From an uncultured Gemmatimonadales bacterium (GTDB lineage Bacteria > Gemmatimonadota > Gemmatimonadetes > Longimicrobiales > RSA9), in contig CAWCUS010000002.1 of assembly GCA_963798845.1 (NCBI GenBank), positions 448,001 through 512,000 of the forward strand: a stretch of 64,000 nt of DNA, read 5' to 3'. Of this stretch, positions 30,578 to 40,914 are shown piece after piece. The stretch's first letter is position 1. Each line of letters begins with the position of its first letter. The notes under the pieces were generated by a model. That model saw nothing but the letters and a program-made list of their open reading frames with translations. It did not search any database and had not been told where the DNA came from. The position numbers and the translations under genes are program-made.

Positions 30578-33109
30578 GTGAACACGGACCCGGTCGGGGC
30601 CCCCGACCTCAGCATGCATCCTGCCGGCGAGAACGGCCGTGAGGAGGAGCTCAGGACCGTTCGGAACCGGCTCGAGCAATCCGCATCGCTGCTGCGGGCC
30701 GCGCTGGACTCCACCACGGACGGTGTGCTCGTGGTGGACCGGGATGGCCGGATCGTGAGCTACAACGGCCGCTTCACCGAGATCTGGGGCGTCCCGGAGG
30801 AGGTGCTGGCCACCGGCGACGACGACCTGGCCCTCCAGTACGTGATCGAGAAGCTGCAGGACCCCACCGCGTTTCTCGATCGGGTCCGCACACTGTACGG
30901 CGACCCCGAGCGGACGGGGCACGACGTCCTCCGCTTGCGGGACGGGCGAGTGATCGAACGCTTCTCTCTTCCGCAGCGCCTCGGTGCCCGCGTGGTCGGG
31001 CGAGTCTGGAGCTTCCGCGATGTCACCGAGCAGAAGCGGATGCAGGAGGCGCTCATCGACAGCGAGCGCCGCTACCGCCGGCTGTTCGAAGAGTCACGCC
31101 ACGCCCTCTATATCTCGACCCACAGCGGCGACTTCGTGGATGTGAACCGGGCGATGCTCGACCTCTTCGGTTACAGCCGCCGCGAGCTTCTGCGCCAGAA
31201 TGCCAGCGCGCTCTACGCGGATCCCGCCGACCGGGAGGCGTTCCAGCGGACCGTCGAGGGGATGGGATCGGTGCGCAACCACGAAGTCCAGCTCAAGGAC
31301 CGCGACGGCCGGGTCCTGGACTGCGTGATCACGGCAACGGCCCGGCGAGCTCGGGACGGCGAGATCATCGGATACGAAGGGATCATAGAGGACGTCACGG
31401 ACCGGAAGCGCTCCACGGCGGCGCTGCGGGAGAGCGAGGAGTATTTCCGCTCGCTCATCGAGAACGCGCTGGACACCATCACGATCCTGAGCGCCGACGG
31501 TACGATCGCGTACGAGAGCCCCTCGGTGGGCCGCGTCCTGGGCTTCACCCCCGAGGAGATGGTCGGCACGTCCGTTTTCGACTACATCCACCCGGAGGAC
31601 CTCCCCCGGGTGAAGGAAGTGTTCGCCCAGGCGGAAACGCAGCCGGGAATGATCTCGCGCCTCCAGCTGCGGTTCCGGGATCACGAGGGGGGCTGGCGGA
31701 TGCTGGAGGCGGTCGGCAGGAACCTCCTCCACCATCCCGCGGTCGGCGGCGTGGTGGTGAACGCCCGCGACGTCACGGAGCGGAAGGAGGCGGAGGATCG
31801 CCTGCTCCACGACGCATTCCACGACCAGCTCACCGGCCTCCCCAACCGCGCGCTTTTCATGGACCGGCTGAACCAGTTCGTGAAGAGGGGACAGCGGGCG
31901 GACACGCCCGGTTTCGCCGTCCTGTTCCTGGACGTGGACCGGTTCAAGGTAGTGAACGACAGCCTCGGCCACGGTGCGGGGGACCTGCTTCTGGTGGAGA
32001 TCGGTCGGCGGCTGGAGACGTGTCTCCGCCCTGGGGACACCGTGGCGAGGGTGGGCGGCGACGAGTTCGCCCTTCTGCTGGACGGCACCGAGTCCGTGGA
32101 CGAGGCCAGGGCGGTCGCGGACCGCATCCACGAGGCGATGCGCCGCCCGTTCCATACCGGACGGCGTGAGGTGTACGCCACGATCAGCACGGGGATCGCC
32201 GTGAGCTCGCCGGAGTACCGGCGCGCGGAGGAGATCCTCCGCGACGCGGACATCGCCATGTACCGCGCGAAGAGCGCCGGACGCGCGCGGAGCGAGGTGT
32301 TCGACCGCGCCATGCACGATGACGCAGTGGCCGTGCTGGAGCTGGAGACTGCGCTCCGACGGGCCGTGGAGCGCCAGGAGTTCGTGCTGCACTACCAGCC
32401 GATAGTTTCCCTGCGGGATGGGCGGCTGCTCGGTCACGAGGCGCTGATCCGGTGGCAGCATCCGGAGCGGGGACTGCTCGGCCCCGACGAGTTCCTGGCG
32501 GTGGCGGAGGAGACCGGTCTCATCGTCCCGATCAGCTGGTGGACGGTCCGCCAGGCCGCGCAGCGGGCCCGGGAATGGTGGGTGCCGGAGGAGCGGGGGC
32601 CGTACGTGGCAGTGAACCTCTCGGCGACGCAGCTCTCGCAGGCGGACCTCATCGACCAGCTCCGATCCGCGCTCGAGGAGACAGGGGCGCCTGCGGAGGC
32701 GCTGCGCCTGGAGCTCACGGAGAACGTGCTGATGGAGAAGGCCGAGGCCACCATTCACATGATGGACGCGCTGCGGGAGCTGGGGATTCGCCTCATGATC
32801 GACGACTTCGGGATCGGCTACTCGTCACTGAGCTATCTCCATCGCTTCGCGCCCCATACCTTGAAGATCGATGGGTCCTTCATCCGCGCCATCGGCCCGG
32901 ATGGCGAGAACAGCGAGATCGTCCGCACCATCGTGGCGCTCGCGGACGAGCTGGAGATGGAAGTGGTGGCGGAGGGCGTTGAAACCCGCGAACAGTTCCG
33001 CATGGCGCGGATCCTCGGATGCAAGTCGGCCCAGGGCTACTACCTCGCCCGACCAATGTCCGCCGCCGCCGCCGCTGTTTCACTCGAGCGCGTGTGGGAG
33101 CTGGCCTGA
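30578..33109 (+). CDS. PAS(x3)-GGDEF-EAL diguanylate cyclase/phosphodiesterase
   Basis: Three PAS/PAC repeats ending DVT; HDQLTGLPNR; GGDEF; HEALIRW; DDFGIGYSSL. Confidence 0.95.
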   Translation: MNTDPVGAPDLSMHPAGENGREEELRTVRNRLEQSASLLRAALDSTTDGVLVVDRDGRIVSYNGRFTEIWGVPEEVLATGDDDLALQYVIEKLQDPTAFLDRVRTLYGDPERTGHDVLRLRDGRVIERFSLPQRLGARVVGRVWSFRDVTEQKRMQEALIDSERRYRRLFEESRHALYISTHSGDFVDVNRAMLDLFGYSRRELLRQNASALYADPADREAFQRTVEGMGSVRNHEVQLKDRDGRVLDCVITATARRARDGEIIGYEGIIEDVTDRKRSTAALRESEEYFRSLIENALDTITILSADGTIAYESPSVGRVLGFTPEEMVGTSVFDYIHPEDLPRVKEVFAQAETQPGMISRLQLRFRDHEGGWRMLEAVGRNLLHHPAVGGVVVNARDVTERKEAEDRLLHDAFHDQLTGLPNRALFMDRLNQFVKRGQRADTPGFAVLFLDVDRFKVVNDSLGHGAGDLLLVEIGRRLETCLRPGDTVARVGGDEFALLLDGTESVDEARAVADRIHEAMRRPFHTGRREVYATISTGIAVSSPEYRRAEEILRDADIAMYRAKSAGRARSEVFDRAMHDDAVAVLELETALRRAVERQEFVLHYQPIVSLRDGRLLGHEALIRWQHPERGLLGPDEFLAVAEETGLIVPISWWTVRQAAQRAREWWVPEERGPYVAVNLSATQLSQADLIDQLRSALEETGAPAEALRLELTENVLMEKAEATIHMMDALRELGIRLMIDDFGIGYSSLSYLHRFAPHTLKIDGSFIRAIGPDGENSEIVRTIVALADELEMEVVAEGVETREQFRMARILGCKSAQGYYLARPMSAAAAAVSLERVWELA

Positions 33110-33696
33110 GCGACCCTGACGACCTCCGCCCGCGTCGGGTCTGGTCGCTCCGCCTGGGGCTCCAGCTGGCGCTCCTTTCCGCCGTCCTGCTCTTAGCCCT
33201 GTGGGTCAACCTGTACGCCGCGGAGCACGACTTCGTCCGCGAAGCCGCAGTCCGCTTCGGCTATCCGGGCGTGCTCGCCGCCGGGGTCGTCAGCGGCTTC
33301 AACCTGGTCGTACCGATCCCCCTCGTCGCGTTTCTCCCGTTCTTCGTCGACGTGGGTATGGATCCTGTGCCGACCGTCACGCTGATCGCGCTCGGGATGA
33401 CGATGGGCGACTGCCTGGGCTACCTGATCGGCCACGCGGCCCGCGACGCGCTCTCGCCGCGGCTCCGGGGGCGGATGGCGAGACTCGAGCGGATGCGCCG
33501 CCGGCGGCCGTGGCTGCCGCTGCTCGTGGTGTTCCTGTACGCGGCGATCGTCCCCGCGCCCAACGAGATTCTGGTCATTCCGCTGGCGTTCCTGCGCTAT
33601 CCGCTGCTCGGAGTCTTCGCCGCCGTGCTGGCCGGGAACGTCATCTTCAACGGACTGGTGGGGCTCGGCCTGATGAGCGCGTTCGCCGGGATGTGA
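33106..33696 (+). CDS. Membrane protein, DedA/VTT-like; start uncertain
   Basis: GMTMGDCLGYLIG, PAPNE and hydrophobic helices. Confidence 0.6.
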   Translation: MSDPDDLRPRRVWSLRLGLQLALLSAVLLLALWVNLYAAEHDFVREAAVRFGYPGVLAAGVVSGFNLVVPIPLVAFLPFFVDVGMDPVPTVTLIALGMTMGDCLGYLIGHAARDALSPRLRGRMARLERMRRRRPWLPLLVVFLYAAIVPAPNEILVIPLAFLRYPLLGVFAAVLAGNVIFNGLVGLGLMSAFAGM

Positions 33697-33732
33697 ACCT
33701 CCGCCGCCGGCGGAGCCTACGCAAGGAGAGTC

Positions 33733-35484
33733 ATGAACGAGACGATGCGGGGTGCCGTGGTGGCCTTCGCCTGCGTGGCAACGCTGGGCGCGTGCGCCGC
33801 GGGGGTCGAGGAGCCAGCCGACCTGGTGATCGTGAACGGCCACGTCGCGACGGTGGACACGGCCCGGCCCACTGCGGCAGCCGTGGCCGTGAAGGGGGAC
33901 CGCATCGCGGCGGTCGGAAGCGATGCGGAGATCCGGCGCTACATCGGCCCGGAAACGCGCGTGCTGGACGTCGGCGGCAGCCTTGTCATGCCCGGCTTCA
34001 TCGAAGGCCACGGCCACTTCCTGGGCGTGGGGGAGGCACAGCTCGAGCTCGACCTGACGAAGGCACGCAGCTGGGACGAGATCGTCGCCATGGTCCGCGA
34101 GGCCGCCCTGGCCGCGGAGCCCGGCGAGTGGATCCTCGGCCGCGGCTGGCATCAGGAGAAGTGGGACAGCGTCCCCGCCGATGCCGTGGACGGCGTGCCG
34201 ACGCACCACGCGCTGAGCGCGGCTTCGCCGGACAACCCCGTGGTCCTGGAGCACGCCAGCGGACACGCGTCGCTGGTGAACGCGAAAGCACTGGAGCTCG
34301 CGGGCATCCGCAAGGGGACGCGCCCGCCGGACGGAGGCGAGATCGTGGCGGACGCGGCCGGTGACCCCACCGGCCTGCTGCGGGAGAACGCGCAGCGGCT
34401 CGTGTCCTCGGCAATGGCGGAGTCCGAGGCGGGATTGACCGTCGAGGAGCAGCGGGACCGGTTCCGGCGGCTGGTGCGGCTCGCGGCCCGTGAAGCGCTT
34501 TCGAAGGGCATCACCACGTTCCACGACGCCGGTGCCTCGTTCCGCGTCATCGACGGCTACCGCCGGATGGCGGAGGACGGCACGCTGCCGATCCGGCTGT
34601 ACGTCATGGTTCGCGGCGAGTCCAACGAGACGATGGCCGCGCACCTGGCCGAGTACCGGATGATCGGCGTGGGGAACCACCACCTGACGGTGCGCTCGAT
34701 CAAGCGCCAGATCGATGGCGCGCTCGGCTCCCATGGCGCGTGGATGCTGGCGCCGTACGCCGACATGCCTTCCAGCACCGGCCTCGTCCTCGAGCCCGTG
34801 GAGGAGGTGGCCCGGGCCGCCGAGATCGCCATCGCCAACGACTTCCAGGTGAATACCCACGCCATCGGCGACCGGGCGAACCGCGAAGTGCTGGACATCT
34901 ACGAGAAGGTCATGGCCGAGCACCCGGACAAGCGTGACCTCCGCTGGCGCATCGAACACGCGCAGCACCTCGACCCCGCCGACCTCCCCCGCTTCGCAGA
35001 GCTCGGCGTGATCGCCTCCATGCAGGCCGTCCACGCCACCTCCGACTTCCCCTGGGTTCCGAAGCGCATCGGCGTCGAGCGCGCCCACACCGGCGCCTAC
35101 CGCTGGCAGGACCTCTGGAAATCCGGCGCGGTGGTCACCAACGGCACCGATGCCCCGGTGGAGGACGTCAACCCGCTCGCCAGCTTCTGGGCTTCCGTCT
35201 CGCGAACCCTCCCCGACGGCACTCCCTTCGACCCGGAGCAGCGTCTCACCCGTGACCAGGCGCTCCGCGCCTACACCATCAACAACGCCTACGCCGCGTT
35301 CGAGGAGGACCTCAAGGGCTCGCTCACCCCGGGCAAGCTGGCCGACATCACCGTCCTCTCCCGCGACATCACCACGGTCCCCGCGGACCAGATCCGCGAC
35401 GCCCGCGTGCTCTTCACGATCGTCGGCGGAGAAGTAGTGTACGACGGCGAGGGTCCCCCGGAGGAGGCGGTGGGCGGAACGTGA
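33733..35484 (+). CDS. Amidohydrolase-3 (YtcJ-like) lipoprotein
   Basis: Lipobox LGAC; PGFIEGHGH; DGALGS; HAIGDRA; RIEHAQ; GTDAPV; PGKLAD. Confidence 0.92.
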   Translation: MNETMRGAVVAFACVATLGACAAGVEEPADLVIVNGHVATVDTARPTAAAVAVKGDRIAAVGSDAEIRRYIGPETRVLDVGGSLVMPGFIEGHGHFLGVGEAQLELDLTKARSWDEIVAMVREAALAAEPGEWILGRGWHQEKWDSVPADAVDGVPTHHALSAASPDNPVVLEHASGHASLVNAKALELAGIRKGTRPPDGGEIVADAAGDPTGLLRENAQRLVSSAMAESEAGLTVEEQRDRFRRLVRLAAREALSKGITTFHDAGASFRVIDGYRRMAEDGTLPIRLYVMVRGESNETMAAHLAEYRMIGVGNHHLTVRSIKRQIDGALGSHGAWMLAPYADMPSSTGLVLEPVEEVARAAEIAIANDFQVNTHAIGDRANREVLDIYEKVMAEHPDKRDLRWRIEHAQHLDPADLPRFAELGVIASMQAVHATSDFPWVPKRIGVERAHTGAYRWQDLWKSGAVVTNGTDAPVEDVNPLASFWASVSRTLPDGTPFDPEQRLTRDQALRAYTINNAYAAFEEDLKGSLTPGKLADITVLSRDITTVPADQIRDARVLFTIVGGEVVYDGEGPPEEAVGGT

Positions 35485-35563
35485 AGTAGGAGAAGGCCCC
35501 ACACGTGTTGGGGCCCCCGCCTGACAGACATTAATCGGACCTCGACATAGATTTTAGGGTCCT

Positions 35564-35596
35564 GTGCGGCCGCGGGTTGTCGACCCGCGGCCGCAC
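35564..35596. repeat. Perfect 14-bp inverted repeat (hairpin) in the kinase leader
   Basis: GTGCGGCCGCGGGT-tgtcg-ACCCGCGGCCGCAC; no U tract follows. Confidence 0.7.
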
Positions 35597-35631
35597 GCGC
35601 AATCCGGAAGGTTCATGACCAGGAGGCCCGG

Positions 35632-36726
35632 GTGAAAGGGTTGGAGCGGGAAGGCGGGCTGCTGGACCGGCTGCTCGCCATACCTCTCTTCTACAAGATC
35701 CTGGCGGCGAACGCTTTCATCGTGCTGCTGTTCTCGCTGCTCGCCACGCTCCTCGCCGTGGAGCTGGGACGGGCCGGGGCTTCGGTGGGCCCGCTGGTGG
35801 CGCTGGCCGTGGCCGGAGCGGTGGTGAGCGTGGCCGTGAACGGCGTGATCATCCAGATCGCGCTGGAGCCGCTGCGGCTGCTGCGCCGGACGGCGGACCG
35901 CGTGCAGGAAGGTGAGGTGGACGCCCGGGTTCCGTACTCACCGCTGGCCGATCGCGAGATGCGGCGGCTGATGGAAGCGACCAACGCCATGCTGGACCGG
36001 CTCTCGGACTACAGGCGCCGGCTGCGGGACGTGGCGGCCAGGGCGCTGAACGCTGCGGAGGAGGAGCGGCGGCGGATCTCGCTGGAGCTCCACGACGACG
36101 CGTCCCAGCGGCTGGCGGCGATCCTGATGCGGCTCCGCCTCGCGCGCAGCGTCGGTGATGCGGAAGCGAAGGAAGCGGTGCTGGAGGAAGTCCGTCGTGA
36201 GCTGGCGGAAGCTGCGGACGGGCTGCGGCGGTACGCGCAGGGGTTGCGGCCGCCGGCGCTGGACGAGCTGGGGCTGGGGGCGGCCATCGAGTCGCACGTG
36301 CGGCACGTGTCGGAGTCCGCGCTGGTGCGGGTGGAGGTGCGCACCGACGGGGTGGGGCGGTTGGAGTCGCCCGAAGCCGAGCTGGCGCTCTACCGCATCG
36401 TCCAGGAAGCGATCACGAACGCGCTGCGGCACAGCCGTGCCACGCGCATCCGGGTCGCCGTGAAGCGGGACGGGGACACGGCGGTGGCAACCGTGTCCGA
36501 CAACGGGGTGGGCTTCGATGTGGAGCGGCAGCTGCTCAGCCATGACGATCAGCATGGCCTGGGCCTCTTCGGGATGCGCGAGCGGGCGAGCTACGTGGGA
36601 GGGAAGGTGGATCTCACCAGCGCGCCCGGCGAGGGCACCGTGGTCCGCGCGATCGTTCCCGCGGAGGGGGCGGGCGCGGCCCGCGCTCTCGACGTCTTCG
36701 CCCGCGGCGGCACGCCAGACGCCTGA
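35632..36726 (+). CDS. HAMP + HisKA_3 sensor histidine kinase
   Basis: EERRRISLELHD; LRPPALDELGL; YRIVQEAITNALRH; DNGVGF; GLGLFGMRER. Confidence 0.93.
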   Translation: MKGLEREGGLLDRLLAIPLFYKILAANAFIVLLFSLLATLLAVELGRAGASVGPLVALAVAGAVVSVAVNGVIIQIALEPLRLLRRTADRVQEGEVDARVPYSPLADREMRRLMEATNAMLDRLSDYRRRLRDVAARALNAAEEERRRISLELHDDASQRLAAILMRLRLARSVGDAEAKEAVLEEVRRELAEAADGLRRYAQGLRPPALDELGLGAAIESHVRHVSESALVRVEVRTDGVGRLESPEAELALYRIVQEAITNALRHSRATRIRVAVKRDGDTAVATVSDNGVGFDVERQLLSHDDQHGLGLFGMRERASYVGGKVDLTSAPGEGTVVRAIVPAEGAGAARALDVFARGGTPDA

Positions 36727-36777
36727 TTCTCCCCGCGCTGACATCCCCCGGCAGCGGCCGGGCGCCTCGCCCCGCCT

Positions 36778-37437
36778 CTACTGCTCGGCCCGGAGCAGCC
36801 CCGTCTGGAGCGCGAACCGCACCAGTTCCGAACGATGCCTCAGCTGCAGCTTGTCCATGATCCGGCTGCGGTACGTGTCCACGGTCTTCGGGCTGATGAA
36901 CAGCTTCTCGCCGATCTCGCTCGAGCTGAACCCCTCCGCAGTCATCGCGAGAACGTCCCGCTCCCGCTCCGTCAGCTTGCTCAGCGGACCACGCATCTCG
37001 TCCGCGTCCGCATCCTTGTAGCGCTCCAGCAGGAGCTTCGCCGCGCTCGGGTACAGGAACACCTCGTCCCGCGCAACGGTCCGGATCGCGTGCGTCAGAT
37101 CCTCATCCGCGCTCGTCTTCCGCACGAAGCCGCTGCCGCCCGCGTCCAGCACCGGCAGCAGGAACTCCTCTTCGGCGTGCATCGTCAGCACCAGCACCTT
37201 CGTCCCAGCGTCCATCGCCGCGATCCGCCGCGTCGCCTCCATCCCCCCCATCCCCGGCATGGACAGGTCCATCACCACGATGTCGGGCGTCAGCTCCTTC
37301 ACCTTCTTGATGGCTTCCTCGCCCGTCTCCGCCTCTCCTACGACCTGGAGGTCCGGCTCGGCGTCCAGCAGCGCCCTCAGACCCGCCCGTAAGACCCCGT
37401 GATCGTCGGCCAAGAGAATCCGTATCGTCTTCGGCAT
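36778..37437 (-). CDS. NarL/LuxR-family response regulator
   Basis: LADDH, MDLSMP, LTERERDVL, ISPKTVDTYR. Confidence 0.95.
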   Translation of the reverse strand: MPKTIRILLADDHGVLRAGLRALLDAEPDLQVVGEAETGEEAIKKVKELTPDIVVMDLSMPGMGGMEATRRIAAMDAGTKVLVLTMHAEEEFLLPVLDAGGSGFVRKTSADEDLTHAIRTVARDEVFLYPSAAKLLLERYKDADADEMRGPLSKLTERERDVLAMTAEGFSSSEIGEKLFISPKTVDTYRSRIMDKLQLRHRSELVRFALQTGLLRAEQ

Positions 37438-37526
37438 CGTCGCCTTTCCCCGTGCGTAGCTGTGACGTCAGGAAATCTAGCACGCGAGCGGCGTGCGGGT
37501 TAGTCGGGACACCGTCGGGGCGCCAC

Positions 37527-37543
37527 GTAAGGGAAATCCCTAC
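37527..37543. promoter_or_regulatory. Near-palindromic site, candidate NarL-type box in the divergent promoter
   Basis: GTAAGGGAAATCCCTAC lies between the response regulator and the small membrane gene. Confidence 0.35.
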
Positions 37544-37659
37544 TCCGCCGACGCAATCATTCCGACGCCCGAACCGCGCTGTCCCCGACTGACGCGGCGG
37601 GCGCAAGGCAATAGTGTAGTGCAGTGACAGCAAATCCACCACCTCGACGGAGGCGATTG

Positions 37660-37875
37660 ATGAAGGCGAACGTGGGGGGCATCGACAGAGTGGCGCGCGT
37701 GGTGCTGGCAGCCGTGGCGGTGGCGCTGGGGCTGGGAGGTGTGGTCGGGGGTGTGCTGACGGTGGTGCTGTACGTGGTGGGGGCGGCGCTGCTGCTGACG
37801 GCGGGTGTGGGGAACTGCCCGCTGTACACGGTGCTGGGTGTCACCACGCGGAAGGGGGCGACGTCCGGCGCCTGA
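37660..37875 (+). CDS. YgaP-like (DUF2892) small membrane protein
   Basis: NVGGIDRVAR...CPLYTVLGVTT; GGAGG RBS. Confidence 0.9.
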   Translation: MKANVGGIDRVARVVLAAVAVALGLGGVVGGVLTVVLYVVGAALLLTAGVGNCPLYTVLGVTTRKGATSGA

Positions 37876-37911
37876 CGAGGGGTGGGGCGGTGACGTGGGG
37901 GCGATCCAGCG

Positions 37912-39594
37912 TCAGGGCCCTTCGGATTGGAGCGGCACGGTGAAGGAGAAGCGGGAGCCGTGCCCCTCATCGCTTTCCACGAAGATGCGTCCTCCGTGGG
38001 CCTCGGCGAGGCCCTTCGCGATGGCGAGCCCGAGGCCGAGGCCGTGGCTCCCATGCTGGCGTGCCTGCCAGAATCGATCGAAGACCCGGGGCAGGTCGGC
38101 GGCCGGGATTCCGGGACCGGTGTCTTCGACGGTGAAGACGACCTCCTGATCGGTGCCGCGGGCGGCAATGGTGATGGAGCCTCCGGCGGGGGTGAACTTG
38201 AGTGCGTTGCCGACGAGGTTGGAGAAGATCTGGCGGATGCGGTCGGCGTCGACGCGGAGGAACTCGGGGAGGTGGTCGGTCGCGACGAGGGCGAGGTCGA
38301 CGTGCTGCTCCTGGGCGAGGGGGCGGAGCGTGCGGACGGTCTCTTCGAGGAGGCTGCTGGCGACCTCGGGGCGTTTGACCAGGCGGACGCGGCCGGCCTC
38401 GATGCGGCGGACTTCGAGCAGGTCACCTATGAGCCGGTTGGCTTGCATGGCGGCGGCGCGAATGGCCTCGACCTGCTCGTGGGCTGCGTCGATGCGGTCG
38501 TCTTCGAGGACGCGGTCGATGACGCGCGCGGCGACCCTGATGGCGCTGAGGGGGTTGCCCAGGTCGTGGGAGACGACCCCGAGGACCTCGTCGCGGGCGG
38601 CGACGGCGTCGCGGGCCTCCCGGTAGAGCCGGGCGTTGTCGACGGCCATGGCGGCCCGTCGTGCGAGGTCGGTGGCGAGGAGGGCGTCGTCGCTGTCGAA
38701 GTGGCGGGTCGGAGAAGCGGAAGCCAGGGAGAAGGCGCCGAGGGTGCGGCCGCGCGCCATGAGCGGGACGACGAGGAGGGAGTGGAGGCCGAGGACGGTG
38801 AGGGCGCGGTAATGCTCGTCGTCGGCGGAGATCGCGTGAAGGAAGGCGTCGCTCACCTGCGCAATGATCTCCGGCTCGCCGGTCTCAAGGACCGTGAGGG
38901 CGGGGTGATGGCGGCCGGTTGCGGGCGGGTGGGCCATGAGGATCTGAGCCTCGGCGTCGCGGCCGGCGTCGGCGTGGGCGACCTCGACGCGGACGAGGCG
39001 GCCGTCGTGGAGGAGGTCGACGACGCACCAGTCGGCGAGGTGGGGGAGGCCGACGCGGGCGAGGCGGGAGAGGGTGTCCTTGTAGTCGAGCGACAGGGCC
39101 AGCGCCTCGCTGGCGTCGGCGAGGAAGCGCTGGCGCTCCTCGGCTCGTTTGCGGTCGGTGATGTCGCGGAGCACGACCGTCAGGATGGTGGCCTCGGGTG
39201 TGGTGAGGCGCGAGATGGAGGCTTCCGCGGGGAACTCGGTCCCGTCGCGGCGCCGCCCCGAGATCTCGCGCCGTTCGCCCATTCGCCTGGCTTCGCGGGG
39301 GCCGGCCGCGAAGGCGCGCATGTGCTCGCGGTGGGGGGTGCGGAAGCGCTCCGGGAGCAGGATGCCGAGCGGCTGACCGAGCACCTCCTCGCGGGCGTAG
39401 CCGAAGATGTCCTCGGCGCCGCTGTTGAAGAGGATGATCCGGTAGGCCTCATCGACGGTGATGATGGCGTCCGCGGCGATCTCGATGATGCCTTCGAAGG
39501 CCTCACGCGGGATGGTGCCGCCGCCGTTGGAGGACGACGCGTCACGGGGGCTCGCGGTGCGGAGACCGCGGGTCAGTCTCGAGAGGATGCTCAC
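37912..39594 (-). CDS. Cytoplasmic PAS-GAF histidine kinase
   Basis: PAS (FNSGAEDIFGY...LRDITD); GAF (LADWCVVD...DNARLY); SHDLGNPL; NALKF; GLGLGL. Confidence 0.93.
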   Translation of the reverse strand: MSILSRLTRGLRTASPRDASSSNGGGTIPREAFEGIIEIAADAIITVDEAYRIILFNSGAEDIFGYAREEVLGQPLGILLPERFRTPHREHMRAFAAGPREARRMGERREISGRRRDGTEFPAEASISRLTTPEATILTVVLRDITDRKRAEERQRFLADASEALALSLDYKDTLSRLARVGLPHLADWCVVDLLHDGRLVRVEVAHADAGRDAEAQILMAHPPATGRHHPALTVLETGEPEIIAQVSDAFLHAISADDEHYRALTVLGLHSLLVVPLMARGRTLGAFSLASASPTRHFDSDDALLATDLARRAAMAVDNARLYREARDAVAARDEVLGVVSHDLGNPLSAIRVAARVIDRVLEDDRIDAAHEQVEAIRAAAMQANRLIGDLLEVRRIEAGRVRLVKRPEVASSLLEETVRTLRPLAQEQHVDLALVATDHLPEFLRVDADRIRQIFSNLVGNALKFTPAGGSITIAARGTDQEVVFTVEDTGPGIPAADLPRVFDRFWQARQHGSHGLGLGLAIAKGLAEAHGGRIFVESDEGHGSRFSFTVPLQSEGP

Positions 39595-39852
39595 GTTGCG
39601 GGTCGGGGCTTCACGCCGGAGTCACGTGTGGGAAAGATAGCCGTGGGAGCGGAATCGGTCGAGCAGCGCCGGATGGATCGAGAGTTGCGCGAGGCGAAGG
39701 GGTTGCCCGCGCGGGGGCGAAGGGACATAGTCGTGCCCGCGGCGGAGGGAAACCATGGATCGCACGAGGCGGACCCGGCCGGGCGTGCCGGACCTCGCGC
39801 AGCGCCGCCGGGGTGGGCCGAGCCACCGGGTGGCGGAGAGGCCGCGTTTCCG

Positions 39853-40876
39853 ATGAAGCCGAAAAACGACCTGGCACAGAAAGTCCATTCGCTGCGGGCG
39901 TTCGCCCGTGGGACGAACGTGGTGCCGATCCTGGTGCAGAGCGACCCGGACCCGGACGGAATGGCGAGCGCGCTGGGGCTGCGCACGCTCCTGCACCGCC
40001 GTGAGGAGGAAAGCCCGCTGATCAGCCTGGGCGAGGTGACGCGTCCGGAGAACCAGCGGATGGCGGAGCTCCTGGACCTGCGCGTGGTGCGGGTCACGGA
40101 CGCCGAGCTGAACGGCTTCAAGCGGGTGATCACGGTGGACACGCAGCCGACGCCCGCGGCCACGCGTCCTCGCTACGCCGTGGTCGACCACCACCCGCCG
40201 CGGGACGGGTACACGGCCGACTTCCTGGACATCCGCACGGACATGGGGGCCGTCTCCACCATGGTGACGCAGTACCTGCGCGTGGGCGACGTCCGCCGCA
40301 TCACCCCGCGCCTGGCGACGGCGCTCCTTTACGGCATCCGCACCGACACGGAAGTGCTGCGGCGCGGGGCCACGGGGGCCGACGTGGAGGCGTACGCGTT
40401 CCTCCAGGGGATCGCGGACCAGGAGCTGCTGCGCAAGATCGGGCGCCCCGCGTTCTCGGAGGACGGGGTGCGCGCCACCGGCCGCGCGCTGGCGGGGCTG
40501 CGCAAGCAGGGCGACATCGCCGTCGCCTACGTGGGGCGGCTGGACGACCGCGCCTCCCACGTGCTGCCGAACCTTGCCGACTTCTGCCTGACCATCGAGG
40601 GCGTCTCCTGGTCCGGTGCCGGCGGGCTGGTCGGAAACGAGAATGGTGGTCAACATCCGGCGTGCCGGAGCAGGGATGGGGGCTGGGGACCTGGCGCGGG
40701 CGGTGGCGGAGGAGGAGGGACGGGGCGGTGGGCACCGGTCGATGGCCCGGGTGACCCTCGACCTGGCCGGGAAGCCGCCGATGTCGGAGACCCCTGGCGA
40801 CCCGGACGTCACGGCGTGGATCCTGGAGCGCATGATCGGTGGCGTGGACGCGCTCAGGGGGGTCCGGACCGGTTGA
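39853..40876 (+). CDS. DHH/DHHA1 phosphoesterase; apparent +1 base near 40642
   Basis: DPDPDG, VVDHH and GIRTDT in one frame; MVVNIRR...GGGHRSMA continues in the shifted frame to TGA at 40876. Confidence 0.82.
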
Positions 40877-40914
40877 GCGTGATCGCGCGTCGCCGCGATC
40901 GCCGGCATCTTCGC

